IMG/VR virus record: IMGVR_UViG_3300033141_000944
Coordinates: 1 to 25,701 of that record
Source: a virus
Direction: 5' to 3' (one strand)
Length of the DNA stretch: 25,701 nt
The translations under genes and the position numbers were made by a program. The notes under the pieces are model-generated. The model saw only the letters and a program-made list of their open reading frames with translations, did not search any database and was not told where the DNA came from. Shown here piece by piece: positions 16,068 through 24,890 of the stretch; position 1 is the stretch's first letter; each line of letters starts with the position of its first letter.

Positions 16068-17735
16068 TTAAGGGTTTATGATGATCTTACCACCATCGGT
16101 TTGTGTTATAAATAAACTGTTGTCCTCCTCCTGTACTAAGAAGTTTGAGTTTGTACATGAGGTGGCGAGACCTGTGCAGTCTCTAAATGTAATAGCTGGA
16201 TCATTCTGCTGCGGGTGAGTAATAATGTTCATGACGTGCGTGGCGTTGCAGTTTAGCCCGTCTGTATAGGTTGGTGTTAATTCGTCGTCTTGTAAGTGGC
16301 GTCTAACGCCGTCGATTGCCCAGTACTTAAACCCTAACATCAATGACAAGAAGTCGTACACATACTCAGGCTGGAAATCAATTTGAAACTCCTTGATCTT
16401 ATCGCGGTCATAGTACACGTTTAAGTAAGAGCCGTTGCTAAGTTTATTAGCTACTCGTGTTCCTGAATATGTCGCGCGACCAATCTTAGACTTTAGCCGT
16501 ATAGTAGGCGAAAACCCGCCATCAAAGTTAAAGCCCGCCGCTGGTCCATTATGGCAAGCGTTGACAAGGTGCGTGCAATGGTGATTGCCTAGATTTATTC
16601 TCGGTCCCTCCTCGTTGCATACGTAGTCCTCTGTATTGGCTTTAGTTACTGTAATCGAGTCAATCGTTATATCCGTAGCTCCTGCGCCTGCTGTGAGTGT
16701 TGTTAGGTTTAAATCTGTGTCGTCTGGTGTGATTTGGAAGTTATATGTGCCTACTGCGTTAATTGACGGACCTGCTACGGTTCCAATCTTAACGCTTAAC
16801 TGAGTGTCTGTGACAGCCGAAACAACTACCTCAACGTCATACAATGTACCAACTTCATACTCTGTAAATATATGTTCAGCTAGACCAATGTCGCCAGCGC
16901 CGCTAGAATTATATTCTAATCCACCTCCCGTAATTTGCCATGTTCCTACAGTACCGTTAGTCAAGAGCCAACCAGTAGTATTTTCATCACCCGAAAAGCC
17001 GTCTATATCAAAGCTGTTATTATACAGGAAGTTCTGACCACCTGAATTTATGTTAGGGTCTGCTATGCAAATCGTATAACACCCCTCGTCGATTCCTAGT
17101 TGAGTCCAATCAATATAGTTAGTGATACTATTGTCAATGATTTCAAATGCGTCGGGATTGTCTGTGATATTCAACTGCTCTATTACCGTTCCTGTGGAAT
17201 CCTTTATAAGTATCTTTGTGTGCTGAGGAAAAACCTCGTACGCATCTACGCGACTTAAGCACCCTAACACATCGTCGTCACCAAACACCCGAACGCCGTC
17301 CGCTGAGGCTTGGATATAGAATGTGTAATCACCTATAGCGCTAATCTCAAATGCATTACCTCCTAACGTAAGGTCAAAAACTCCACCACTCAAAGAATCT
17401 ACCGAGACATTAACCTGATAGTAGTTGCCTATTACGAAAACGCCGTTTTGAAATGATGTTGAAGCACTGGCCGCGCCGTTGAGCACCTTACATAGTTGCC
17501 CACCGCCTACCGTCCATGTGGGACTTACAATAGTCCAAGGACTGCCACCACCAACCGTAAGACTGAACGATGGATCATCAACCACCTGTGGAGCAAATCC
17601 CGAAATGTCGATAAGGTTCTGGAACTGCGTTACGTCGCTCTGATTAACTAACTGATCGATGTCATTCTCATCGCAACAATCACACTCATCCGCAGCTATG
17701 TCAAAAGGGTACGCTTGGTTTCTTAGGTAAATCAT
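16068..17735 (-). CDS. Tail-tip protein (Dit/baseplate-like) with two carbohydrate-binding-like modules (555 aa)
   Basis: Two related modules (DDPSFS..W..W.V.GGGQL..GNYYQV.V.V and NNSFD..GW..WQITGGGL..GTLYDVEV.V..ITIDSITV), plus a C-terminal tail-type domain. Confidence 0.6.
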   Translation of the reverse strand: MIYLRNQAYPFDIAADECDCCDENDIDQLVNQSDVTQFQNLIDISGFAPQVVDDPSFSLTVGGGSPWTIVSPTWTVGGGQLCKVLNGAASASTSFQNGVFVIGNYYQVNVSVDSLSGGVFDLTLGGNAFEISAIGDYTFYIQASADGVRVFGDDDVLGCLSRVDAYEVFPQHTKILIKDSTGTVIEQLNITDNPDAFEIIDNSITNYIDWTQLGIDEGCYTICIADPNINSGGQNFLYNNSFDIDGFSGDENTTGWLLTNGTVGTWQITGGGLEYNSSGAGDIGLAEHIFTEYEVGTLYDVEVVVSAVTDTQLSVKIGTVAGPSINAVGTYNFQITPDDTDLNLTTLTAGAGATDITIDSITVTKANTEDYVCNEEGPRINLGNHHCTHLVNACHNGPAAGFNFDGGFSPTIRLKSKIGRATYSGTRVANKLSNGSYLNVYYDRDKIKEFQIDFQPEYVYDFLSLMLGFKYWAIDGVRRHLQDDELTPTYTDGLNCNATHVMNIITHPQQNDPAITFRDCTGLATSCTNSNFLVQEEDNSLFITQTDGGKIIINP

Positions 17736-17793
17736 TGCTTTAAGTTATGAGTGCTAACATTTTGTTACACAACACTATAAAGATAGTGAAATT

Positions 17794-18165
17794 TTAGTAT
17801 TTGCTAGTTGATATAGTAGTGTTTAGTACCAATTTATTGTCTTCAATGTGCGTGCTATAAATCTGTCTGCGGAATAACCCGTTGAAGTTCAGCAGTATTT
17901 CAATATGTTGCGTTGAATCCTTTAACGTTGATTCGCTTTGTATGTGGTATTGGGCATTTTCAAACAACACAATAGACTTAGAGCCGCGTAGCTCGTCACT
18001 AAATGCTGTGTGTTGGTCGTTAAATATTGTCAGTTGATCCAATTTTACGTCTGTTGTTACGGTCGCATGAACATATCTAGGAGTATCCTTGTCACATGCG
18101 GCAAATAATGCCATCACCAACACTAAGAGAACGGTGTTTCTGTTTCGTTTGATATTAGTTGCCAT
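17794..18165 (-). CDS. Lipoprotein (123 aa precursor)
   Basis: From ATG 18165 (ORF track starts at 18210): MATNIKRNRN-TVLLVLVMALFAA-C-DKD; basic n-region, hydrophobic h-region, lipobox FAAC; overlaps the upstream gene by 43 nt. Confidence 0.7.
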   Translation of the reverse strand: MATNIKRNRNTVLLVLVMALFAACDKDTPRYVHATVTTDVKLDQLTIFNDQHTAFSDELRGSKSIVLFENAQYHIQSESTLKDSTQHIEILLNFNGLFRRQIYSTHIEDNKLVLNTTISTSKY

Positions 18166-20072
18166 GTTGTTTCTCCTGTTATTAGGTTCCTTGTTATTTC
18201 TTGCGGCCATGCTCCGAGCACTTTAGCGTGCCCAAACTCAACATCGTTAAATACCTGTATCTGTCTAGCGGGGTTTTCTTCCATATCTCGCCATAATGTC
18301 TCGTCTATAGCGTGCTCAAACTGGTAATTAATAGCAAAGTATTCTGAAGCCTCTTGGTCTGTTGTGGCCTCTCCTGCTGTTACCGTATTACGAAGCTCAA
18401 AGAATGTATCAGAACCGCCTGAAGATGCAATGTAAGTAGCTGACCACGGAGCGCCCGTCAATGTTGCTACGAGTCGTAGTTGTGCTGTGTTACCTTTTTT
18501 TAGGTATGCTGGTTGATCTTGCCAATCCAAACTAAAAACTAAATTAGCGGCCACTTGCTGCCCAATAGCTAATAAAGTATTGGAAACTATTTCGCCTGCT
18601 GGGGTGATTTGCTGGACAATTGCTGTCAAAGTAATGGTCTCTGGAGCACCTGGATTTGTTGTTACATCTACAAAATATTCACCATGAAATCTATAAACTC
18701 CCGTTTCCTGTACCGTGAAGTCATAGCCTACCGTGTCCCATCGTGAGTTATCATTGAAGAATGGCAGTGGTGAATCAACGTCCAACTCTGTTGGGTTCCA
18801 CTCTGTACTGACCGCAAAAGGCCCAAAAGTATTGGTTGTGCCAACCAAAAACTTGTCGGTAGTCTGTACAAAATTGTTAGTAATGTTGCCTTGCAACCTA
18901 TATCTGTCGATTACACGAATGTTTATAAGCTCAGGGTTATAGATGTACGGACCTCCCGTTACAGGGTCTGTAAGTCGCTCTGATGAGGCTTTAAGTGTAT
19001 TTTGATCGTACTGAACAATAAAAATGTCATCGTCCTTGTCCTCGTCTCCGTCAATTATGGCCTTAGAGATCAGATTGTGGTCAATAACCCAATCAGTAAA
19101 CAACTCCAATGAAGTACCGCCTGTGCATTGCCCTTCTACGTTCCATGTTTCTTCTACGTGTGTGATAAGCGGAATGTATGGAAAGTCGCTCATTACGTCG
19201 TAAACTGGCGTAAGCTCTTGTACGCCGACCTGATCCTTATCTGCATCGCTTGAGCCTACCTTTACGTTAGAATAAAAGCGTTGTATGTCTGTTGTTCTTT
19301 GGATAGCACGCACGTCATCAAGGCGAACCGTAGCTGACTGGGTAATAAATGACTCTTCCTCAAGCCTCAATGTAGATACGTTGTCTATCGTAATGGCGAA
19401 AAACCATAGATTGTACTTCTTAGAAATGTTCTCAAATAGGTCTTGTAGTGAGATGTAAGGGTCTTGCCATGACTGCTGACGCATATTTAGGCCCGTTGTG
19501 ACGCAATAACGCTCATCGTCTGGTAGATTATCATACCATGTGGATTCAAAGTTAATTGTGTCCTCTGATAACGCTTTAACCAAATCCGTAAAACAATCTT
19601 TTAGGTCGTATGCTTTTACTTTTCCAGCTAAATTACTGTTATCACTAGGGTCAAACGTCTGCAACTCAATTGGAGTGCTAGGCGTGAATGTGCCGCCGTT
19701 TATATCGATACCTTCACCAATAAAAAACTCTTTATTCTGTTGGTCTACAATTTTAGCGCCGAAACCTTCATCTTTAAGCTCTACTGTTAACTGCTTTTCC
19801 GATGAGTTGTCCTCTACAAATGAGTCAATAGTAAACAACTCAACCTCTCCTTTAACTGCACTATAAGCCTCGGTGTCGTCCTTTCGTAGGATAATTTCAA
19901 CATCTACCTTGCCGCAAGCTCCTAAAGCGGTGCGTTGGTCACGCATATATTTAGCAGCCTCGTCGCCTAACTCCAATGGCCCTACCTGTTGAACGGTAAA
20001 CACCTTTAGAGTATCATTACGCTTGATTTGCTTGCTTAGGTCACGCCAGTTAAGATAACCCTGCATCAGCAT
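18123..20072 (-). CDS. Tail-tip/baseplate hub protein with C1q-like beta-sandwich insert (649 aa as annotated; native start probably GTG at 20137)
   Basis: First gene after the tape measure gene; F.ND..W....YDFTVQETGVYRF is a C1q/BclA-like motif; 5' end disrupted by a 38-bp duplication. Confidence 0.7.
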   Translation of the reverse strand: MLMQGYLNWRDLSKQIKRNDTLKVFTVQQVGPLELGDEAAKYMRDQRTALGACGKVDVEIILRKDDTEAYSAVKGEVELFTIDSFVEDNSSEKQLTVELKDEGFGAKIVDQQNKEFFIGEGIDINGGTFTPSTPIELQTFDPSDNSNLAGKVKAYDLKDCFTDLVKALSEDTINFESTWYDNLPDDERYCVTTGLNMRQQSWQDPYISLQDLFENISKKYNLWFFAITIDNVSTLRLEEESFITQSATVRLDDVRAIQRTTDIQRFYSNVKVGSSDADKDQVGVQELTPVYDVMSDFPYIPLITHVEETWNVEGQCTGGTSLELFTDWVIDHNLISKAIIDGDEDKDDDIFIVQYDQNTLKASSERLTDPVTGGPYIYNPELINIRVIDRYRLQGNITNNFVQTTDKFLVGTTNTFGPFAVSTEWNPTELDVDSPLPFFNDNSRWDTVGYDFTVQETGVYRFHGEYFVDVTTNPGAPETITLTAIVQQITPAGEIVSNTLLAIGQQVAANLVFSLDWQDQPAYLKKGNTAQLRLVATLTGAPWSATYIASSGGSDTFFELRNTVTAGEATTDQEASEYFAINYQFEHAIDETLWRDMEENPARQIQVFNDVEFGHAKVLGAWPQEITRNLITGETTWQLISNETETPFS

Positions 20073-20114
20073 GCCGGGTCACGCCAGTTAAGATAACCCT
20101 GCATCAGCATGCCG
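20039..20114. repeat. Perfect 38-bp tandem duplication
   Basis: GGTCACGCCAGTTAAGATAACCCTGCATCAGCATGCCG at 20039-20076 and 20077-20114. Confidence 0.95.
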
Positions 20115-20133
20115 TCTAAATACAACTCTGCTC

Positions 20134-23100
20134 TCACACGTTACCCCTTCCTTTGTAGTTAGATTTTTTCAATTGATCTACGATTCTATCACCTATCTGG
20201 TATATTGCTTGCTGTGTTTGTCTCTCGCTTCTCAGTAGGTTGCTATCCGTAAAGCCTGATCCTTTTTGTACGTTGTTGGTTGTTTCGTATTTAAGATATA
20301 GTTCTCTTTGTCGGTGCTCGTCCATCATGTTAGTGATTCGAGAGCCTGATACACCTTGTCTCATAATACGACGTGTTTCTGAGGCTGTTTTTACCTGTGA
20401 ACCTCTAGGCAAATATACAATCTCTGGTCCTTCTTCACCAACAAGCGCCATACCTTCAGGAGAATAATTAGTACCCTTGGCAAACTCAGGCAGTGGTTGT
20501 GAGTTAATAAGTGCTATCTGTGCAAGTGTCTGCGCCGCTGTAATTCCCGCTAAAATACCAGTAGGATCGACCGTTAACGCTTTGGTAAATGCTACAGCAC
20601 CATTAATAAGGGCCTCAAACGTTGCAATTGCCCTCTCGCGTTCTGCTTGTTCGCGTTGTAGTTTTTTAGTTTTCTCGTCTGCCTCGCGTTCAATGCGCTC
20701 TCTTTGCTGTATGAGCTGCTCTCTTTGAGCTTCGCTAAGGTTTTCCGCTTCTAGTTTCTCGTCGATAGCTTTTAGTTCGGCGTCCTTTTCCTCTTCAATC
20801 GAGTTTATTTGCGCTTCTGTTTGTGCTTGTAGAGAAGCTATAGCAATATCACGTAAAGTTCCTGCAAGCTCTAACGCTGCGTCCTTACGTGCTTGGGTAA
20901 TCTCTTGTTCACGCGCTACCTCTTGTTGTCTTATGCCTAGTCTTATGTTAGCTAGTTCTTGCTCTGCCTGTACTGTACTCTCGCCAGCGGCCTTGCGTGC
21001 AGCTATAATGGCTTCCAGCTTCTCGATTTCTATCTGTAGCTCTGCATCTGCTAACTCTTCTGCGTTCGTTAAGGTGTTTGTAGCTGATAGCGTCTCTAGC
21101 TCGGCCTTTTTATTGATCTTGCTAATTTCTAACTCTAGTTCTGATTCCGCTAAAGTTTTACGTTGCTCTAATATTTGAGCATCTACATCTTGCGTTGAAA
21201 GACCAGCATTTAGTAATACCTGTCTTCTCTGTTCTAGCCTGTCTAACTCGATTCTGTTTAACTCAACTGTAAGCTCCTCGGCTGCTCTGATACGTTGTTC
21301 AGCTTCAAATTCTGCCGCAGATGCGTTTTGTTCTACGCCTAACTCGTCAAACTTGCGATTAATGTCTAGCTGATCCTGCGCAAACTTCTCACGTACTAAT
21401 TTTTTACCTTCCTCGCTCTTTTCAACTGCTTCTAATTCCTTCTGGAAGCTCAACTCAAGTAAAGCTAATTCACGCTCTCTCTCGTCCTCTAGTGCGTTCG
21501 CTCGTAAACTTGCTAGCTTCTCTTCAAGTTTTCTCCGTTCATTAGCTTGCTTTTCTCTTTGTTTGTCAGATTTTGAAGTGTCTGCAACCTCCTCTTCTGG
21601 TGGTATTACCGTGGTTAATCCCGCAAAAGCTCCTGTTTGAAGATTGGATATTGCGTCTTGTCTAGCTTGCTCCCTTGCATCCACCTCTGCTTGAATAGCA
21701 TCAACTACTTTTTGCTGTAATTCTAAAGAGTTTTCTGCACGTGTTCTCTCTGCGCCGCTTGTTGTGAGTACTTGGTTTAGAAGTTCCTTGTATTTTTGGC
21801 GCTCTATTTCAATGTTTGCCGTGGTTTGCTCGGATGCGGCTTTTATTTCTTCTGCGCTAGCGCCTGAAGCTATAGCTAGGTCCTCGGTCGCAAATACAGA
21901 CTCTGCCGTTTTCTCTACGTACTTATCCAGAGTCGCGTTAATCCCTGCTAATTGCTTTTCTGCTTCGCTTAACACTCCTGATCCCCCTGAAAAGCGTTCG
22001 AATGTTGCCGTGAAACTATTTAGTGATTCTAAAAGCTGTTGATTGCTGGCTGTTGCATCGTTTGCGGTAGTTAGAAATTCAAATAGAGACTGTTTTAGCT
22101 TTTCATATCCTACCAAGGTTTCAGTTAGCGGACCTGTACCGTTGTCTAATGACAAGACTAAAGACTCATAAGCGGCGTCTGTCTTAGCTGTTTGAAATTC
22201 TAGTGTTTGGCTTGCTATTGCGGCCTGCTCAACTGCGGTATTGGTTCCTGTTACTGCCTCTGTTAATTTCTCAAATCTATCTACGTTTTGAAGTAGGATT
22301 GCTCCCGCCTTTTGACCGCCCTCACCGAATAACTTAAACTGTGTTGTGCCATCGTTGGCAATCTTACTAAGCTCCCTAAGCCTAGTTGCTACTGGTAAGG
22401 TTGTATCCCCTAATATGTCGAGGTTTACCCCAGCTGCTTCAAGCCTTTGTATAGTGTCCTTTGGTAGCGCTTCTGCTGCGTTCAATCTATTGAAGACAGC
22501 GTTTAGGGCAGTTCCCGCTTCAGCTCCAGTTAATTGCTTATCCGCAAGCGTCTCAGCTAATGCAATAGCCTCTTCCGTGCTAGCATTACTCTGGCCAAGG
22601 ATAATACCAGACCTATTGAGTGTTTCCGCTAATTGATCTACTGGGGCGGCTCCTGCTTTAGACCCCGCAGCAAGTGCATTAACAATTTCTCCTGCTCTCT
22701 CGGCTGGCTCGTTAAACTGTGCTAGAATTGTGGTAAGTGATCCAACGGACTTTTCAAGGTCATCACCTGACGCTTGAGATAGTAATAATGCCTGCTCCGT
22801 TACCTTGGCAAGAGCGTCTGCATCATCAAGAAGTAGTGGTTGCGCAGAACCAACGAGCTTAAATGCATCAACAATTTCGGTGGCAGACTTTGCAAATTGC
22901 GGGCCTAAGCCAATAGCTTTTTGCCTGAAGAAGTCTAAGTCTTCACCTGTGGCTCCTGTAATAGCGCTCAATTCAGCTACAGCGGTGTCAAACTTATTAA
23001 TGATCTCGACAGCCTCTTTTACCGCTCTACTTACTCCAGCGATCAACCCGCCAATAGCAAATACAGGAAGTAAGTTGTTCTTGATTGTACTCCCCAACTT

Positions 23101-23238
23101 GTTAAACGCGCCGTTTAGTCTGCCTGTTACCTTTTTCTCGGTGTTGTCTGCAAATTTCTCTGCGCTTTGACCTGCTTTGTTTAGGTCTTGCCTTAAACAT
23201 TCAGCATCTCCGCATATCTGTAAAACTAATTCGCTCAT
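20134..23238 (-). CDS. Tail tape measure protein (1034 aa)
   Basis: TP901-type N-region (FDTAVAELSAITGATGEDL...), Ala/Glu-rich helical body, C-terminal FAKGT..EGMALVGEEGPEIV motif; follows the chaperone genes. Confidence 0.95.
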   Translation of the reverse strand: MSELVLQICGDAECLRQDLNKAGQSAEKFADNTEKKVTGRLNGAFNKLGSTIKNNLLPVFAIGGLIAGVSRAVKEAVEIINKFDTAVAELSAITGATGEDLDFFRQKAIGLGPQFAKSATEIVDAFKLVGSAQPLLLDDADALAKVTEQALLLSQASGDDLEKSVGSLTTILAQFNEPAERAGEIVNALAAGSKAGAAPVDQLAETLNRSGIILGQSNASTEEAIALAETLADKQLTGAEAGTALNAVFNRLNAAEALPKDTIQRLEAAGVNLDILGDTTLPVATRLRELSKIANDGTTQFKLFGEGGQKAGAILLQNVDRFEKLTEAVTGTNTAVEQAAIASQTLEFQTAKTDAAYESLVLSLDNGTGPLTETLVGYEKLKQSLFEFLTTANDATASNQQLLESLNSFTATFERFSGGSGVLSEAEKQLAGINATLDKYVEKTAESVFATEDLAIASGASAEEIKAASEQTTANIEIERQKYKELLNQVLTTSGAERTRAENSLELQQKVVDAIQAEVDAREQARQDAISNLQTGAFAGLTTVIPPEEEVADTSKSDKQREKQANERRKLEEKLASLRANALEDERERELALLELSFQKELEAVEKSEEGKKLVREKFAQDQLDINRKFDELGVEQNASAAEFEAEQRIRAAEELTVELNRIELDRLEQRRQVLLNAGLSTQDVDAQILEQRKTLAESELELEISKINKKAELETLSATNTLTNAEELADAELQIEIEKLEAIIAARKAAGESTVQAEQELANIRLGIRQQEVAREQEITQARKDAALELAGTLRDIAIASLQAQTEAQINSIEEEKDAELKAIDEKLEAENLSEAQREQLIQQRERIEREADEKTKKLQREQAERERAIATFEALINGAVAFTKALTVDPTGILAGITAAQTLAQIALINSQPLPEFAKGTNYSPEGMALVGEEGPEIVYLPRGSQVKTASETRRIMRQGVSGSRITNMMDEHRQRELYLKYETTNNVQKGSGFTDSNLLRSERQTQQAIYQIGDRIVDQLKKSNYKGRGNV

Positions 23239-23241
23239 CGT

Positions 23242-23281
23242 TAGGGTTTAGCCTGTTGCTTCGGTGGCTGAACTCGCCCTA
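23242..23281 (-). promoter_or_regulatory. Hairpin in tape measure leader carrying an 18-nt segment complementary to the capsid 3' UTR
   Basis: UAGGG/CCCUA and AGCC/GGCU stems with 12-nt loop ACCGAAGCAACA, ending 3 nt before the AUG; 23253-23270 is the exact reverse complement of 7409-7426. Confidence 0.55.
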
Positions 23282-23303
23282 TGATGCGCTCTATAATAAT
23301 AAT

Positions 23304-23888
23304 TTAGTTATGCGCTAAGATAGCATTTATTTGTGTGTTAGTCAATTTGCTGCGTTTCTGTACCTCAGCAAGTAATTCTCCCGATATGCCTGAGTCGTAA
23401 AATATACGGTACTCTGGCAGTCTAATTAACTGTTCTGGATTGCTATTTAGTATCTCTAGAAGGTGGTCTACTTTTTTGGCGTGTGTTGCCTTGTCGATCT
23501 TGGACGGGTCTTCATCTTCTAACACCAAGGTCGTAGCCAACATGTCTAGTATAACGTTAATGTTTGGTTCACTTGCACGCTCTTGAAGTTCAAACAGCAA
23601 AGCAAAGACAACTTGAAGCTGTATATTTTTCTTCTTTTTGTTCGCTAACTCAATGCCGTACTTTAAGTTATCAACAATCTTATCAAGTGTCGCGCTGTAG
23701 TCCTCGTGGCTCAAGCCGCTTACTAATAGCTGATAATTTCTTTGAATGCGTGCGTGTCGAATTGGAGGTGGTTTGTCTTTGAATCCGTAGTATTTAGTAT
23801 TGTCGTTACTGATAAACCTAAGTGCCAAGTCTCTCGACGAGTGGCGCGATAGTATCGATAAAAGGTATTTAAGTAGCTTGGTTTTCAT
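23304..23888 (-). CDS. Tail assembly chaperone paralog (194 aa)
   Basis: Aligns by eye to 24061-24603 (KYYGF/KYYTF; ELQER/ELKFR; LVLEDEDP/IVREDENP; KKVDHL/EKVEMI). Confidence 0.6.
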   Translation of the reverse strand: MKTKLLKYLLSILSRHSSRDLALRFISNDNTKYYGFKDKPPPIRHARIQRNYQLLVSGLSHEDYSATLDKIVDNLKYGIELANKKKKNIQLQVVFALLFELQERASEPNINVILDMLATTLVLEDEDPSKIDKATHAKKVDHLLEILNSNPEQLIRLPEYRIFYDSGISGELLAEVQKRSKLTNTQINAILAHN

Positions 23889-24205
23889 CTTCTGCTTCTC
23901 AGTTTAGCTTTCATACGGGCCTCACGCTCCTTGTCTCTTACGCACTTTGAAACAAATGACTTAACCCTAAGGGTGTATTCCCTAATAGGCATCTGTATCA
24001 ATCGCTCGTACTGATCTAGGTCTTCTTGTACTATAGCCATATTTAGGCTAGTATCCGCGTCTATGTTGGCGAGACGCGACGCCCTAACATTAAATCTATC
24101 CGCTGCCTGCTTATCTCCACCTGATCCAAGTTTCTCAAGATGTTTTGAAATTTTTGCTTCGTATGTGGTGGTTTGCTTAACAATGGCATTAAAGGTTTCA
24201 AGGCA
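23885..24205 (-). CDS. -1 frameshift extension of the tail assembly chaperone (gpT-like, 106 aa)
   Basis: The -1 frame is open from the T9 run (24213-24205) to TGA at 23885, which overlaps the next ATG; ends ...EDLDQYERLIQMPIREYTLRVKSFVSKCVRDKEREARMKAKLRSRR. Confidence 0.65.
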   Translation of the reverse strand, partial: CLETFNAIVKQTTTYEAKISKHLEKLGSGGDKQAADRFNVRASRLANIDADTSLNMAIVQEDLDQYERLIQMPIREYTLRVKSFVSKCVRDKEREARMKAKLRSRR

Positions 24206-24603
24206 AAAAAAAACTGCATGTCTTCCGTCATGTCCTTTTCGATCATCTCGACCTTTTCGTCTTGTATCTCTTTGTGGAAGCCTAACGGGTTTTCATCCTC
24301 CCTAACTATCGAAACGGCCATCATTTGATACACTAATTGTGGTCTAATGGTGTTTACCCTAAACTTTAGCTCGTTCATTACCTTAGAGACGGTGGTTAAG
24401 CCTTTAACGCCTTTCGTCAGTGAAGCTGCGCCGTGATCTATTAAACCTAAATACTCTGCCTCACTTTGGCCTATCTGTAGCCACCTGTGAAATTCACGTT
24501 GTTGCTGGTAGCGCACAAAAGGCATTGTTCCAGATGCAAACGTGTAGTACTTGCGTCCCTTTTTGTCGGTGAACTTGTGGTATAGGTTCTCGAATCCTTT
24601 CAT
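24061..24603 (-). CDS. Tail assembly chaperone (gpG-like, 180 aa)
   Basis: Upstream of the tape measure gene; contains TTT TTT TTT GCC slippery run at the FFF codons. Confidence 0.7.
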   Translation of the reverse strand: MKGFENLYHKFTDKKGRKYYTFASGTMPFVRYQQQREFHRWLQIGQSEAEYLGLIDHGAASLTKGVKGLTTVSKVMNELKFRVNTIRPQLVYQMMAVSIVREDENPLGFHKEIQDEKVEMIEKDMTEDMQFFFALKPLMPLLSKPPHTKQKFQNILRNLDQVEISRQRIDLMLGRRVSPT

Positions 24604-24890
24604 TAGGCTAGTTTACAAATGTTTTTGAACGATTCACGCGCCTCTTGTAAGCTCTCTATGGGTTCTTCTGGTATGTGTAGTTGATGAACAAGTAGGTGTA
24701 TTACTCCTTTGTCGCTTAGTGTGGATTCATTGCCCGATTCTTTAAGGTAACATATCACACATGCTGTGTGCAGTATTTCGGGTAGGTTTTTTCTAAACTC
24801 TTCGTCTGTGTATAACAGATATTTGTGATACAACTCCCTTAGTTCTTTATAAGATAGGTCGTACTTAGTTCCTGAGACTACGTATTGCAT
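24603..24890 (-). CDS. Hypothetical protein (95 aa)
   Basis: Stop/start overlaps on both sides. Confidence 0.7.
   Translation of the reverse strand: MQYVVSGTKYDLSYKELRELYHKYLLYTDEEFRKNLPEILHTACVICYLKESGNESTLSDKGVIHLLVHQLHIPEEPIESLQEARESFKNICKLA

Noticed and set aside
17740-17793. Promoter before the 555-aa gene (TATCTTTA within a CACTAT/ATAGTG hairpin)
   Set aside because: Imperfect -7 element and no TTTG at the right spacing.
18166-18210. 15-aa N-terminal extension of the lipoprotein given in the ORF track
   Set aside because: It would bury the signal peptide and lengthen the overlap; ATG 18165 gives a standard SPII signal.
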